Positions 62,422-64,000 of a stretch of 64,000 bases of DNA are shown in pieces. The notes beneath the pieces were generated by a model that did no database searches, was not told where the DNA came from, and was given only the letters and a program-made list of their open reading frames with translations. Location: assembly GCA_023213395.1 (NCBI GenBank), contig CM041465.1, positions 142,855,741-142,919,740 on the forward strand, in the 5' to 3' direction. The DNA is from Cycas panzhihuaensis. Taxonomy: Eukaryota > Plantae > Cycadophyta. Position 1 is the first letter of the stretch. Each line of letters begins with the position of its first letter. The position numbers and the translations under genes are program-made.

Positions 62422-63801
62422 TGTTATATAACCACATGTGGTTAGCTAAATCAACACACTAGTACTAATGACTAGGGCATTATGTGGTTAAGTGCTAGTT
62501 ATTAACTTTTATGTATGAGCCATTAAATCCACCAATGAAATAAAAGGTCATTTATCCCACCAATAGTATTACATACAAAAAGCCCTATTTTATCTATTTA
62601 AGGGTTACGAATTATAAAAAAGGTTTGTTATGCAACTATCTTCTCTTGAGAGAGTTATACTTTGGTACTTCTTTAGTTCCCTTTTATGATCATTTGGTGC
62701 TCTTTGGTATACTTCATTTATGAAATCAGTTTCCAATATCAATAAACTTGTTACACATCATTTTTATTCTCCATTTTCATTTTTGTGTATGAGTGAATAG
62801 TTGGAAAAGACACATCCCAAGTAGTATCAAAGTGGAGTTGCAAGTCATCCATGATAGAAAAAATAAGATCAAGAGAAAGTAGGAGTAGTGGAAGGAGTAA
62901 GAAAAAGTGGATTTTTTTCCCTCGGTAAAATTCTAAAAACCCTCTCCTACTTCCATTTTTTTGTTTCTATGTTGTTACTAATTTTCAAATATTATAATCA
63001 ACTATAAGTAGGAAGCAAGACTCCTACCCTTCCCTATCCCCTAATTATTAAGTAAAGACCCTATATTAAGGGTCTTTAAAAATCATAAGAATTTTTCATT
63101 TTAGTCAAAGCATGTATGTGTATACATCTATATGTGAAGTAAAGTAGATAACACTGCATATACAAGCCTTAAATAGAAACTGGCTATGGGATTGAGCCTT
63201 CATATATCTTTGGATATATCAAAGGACCCTTATAGGTTCCCTTACCTTACCTAGCACAGGAAAATTATTAGTCTTCTATCCTTTGTAGTGCACCGATTAG
63301 TAGTTAATACTAAGAAGTTACTTCCCACGAACACTCCAACATGCCTATCATGACTATGGGTATAAATTTTCTCCATATTTAGTAATTAAAGAGATTGGAT
63401 CGAGCAATAGTAATGACTAAGAAGTTTATTAAGGGGCCTACAAAACCCTGTATACCTTATTTTGTAAGTTTTATGTACTTTTATATACAGTCTAAAATTA
63501 TTAAGACTAATATACTTCCAAACATAAATTACTAAAATTGTTGGACATCTAAATACTATTAAGATTATTATATATTTAAATAAACATTATTAAAATTATA
63601 ATAATAGTATCACCTTGAATTGTAGAAGCAATGGTATAATAACAACACACAAACATAACAATCTAAATTATAATAATAGTAATACAATAAATAGCATATG
63701 AGTATTGCAACTTGAATTCTTTCCATCCAGACCTTCAACTTAGTTTTAAATTTATTACCTAGTTGAGCCCAATCTCTACCTTTTGATCCACTCTAGAAAA
63801 G

Positions 63802-63841
<40 letters not shown>

Positions 63842-64000
63842 ATAGGGTTACTTTAGTGAATACTTATCTAATTCTAATGAAACTTACAATGTTAACTCAA
63901 GACAAAAAAAAATATATTATCAATTCATACATCTTATTTTAATTAGCGTGTCACACTAATCACTTTTCACTAGGCTAGTTTTAACTACCATTTTTAGAAA
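62422..64000 (+). mobile_element. Element K: 5' LTR (62422-~62820), decayed PBS and leader; continues beyond the window
   Basis: TGTTATATAACC start; similarity to LTR I; TAGTATCAAAG at 62822-62832 resembles TGGTATCAGAG. Confidence 0.55.
63805..63838. repeat. Microsatellite (AG)17
   Basis: Read directly. Confidence 0.98.

Overview
A very AT-rich, CpG-poor stretch of plant nuclear DNA made almost entirely of old, nested retrotransposons. I see no intact host gene, RNA gene or CRISPR array. Reading LTR pairs, tRNA primer-binding sites (PBS), polypurine tracts (PPT) and target-site duplications (TSD) gives two nests. Nest 1 (about 1.7-22.5 kb): copia C is split by non-autonomous LTR element B, whose 5' LTR is split by copia A, whose RNase H is split by gag-only element D; C is also cut by H, followed by pieces I and J. 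Element B carries an intronless, 3'-truncated plant aldose 1-epimerase (galactose mutarotase) coding fragment, the only host-derived coding sequence I can identify. Nest 2 (about 22.5-59.9 kb): two diverged 3-4 kb LTR-like repeats of a probable Tat/Ogre Ty3/gypsy element enclose a TSD-flanked, RNase H-bearing L1 LINE (itself split by F, a second copy of family D), an internally deleted copia G and a near-complete copia E. The most interesting signals are the LTR-captured retrocopy, the gag-only D/F family with a conserved single ORF, a shared stem/U-rich-loop/stem hairpin in unrelated LTRs, microsatellite motif switching at homologous LTR sites, and pervasive C>T/G>A decay. Element letters are my own labels. 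All alignments and counts were done by eye, and boundaries without a TSD are approximate.
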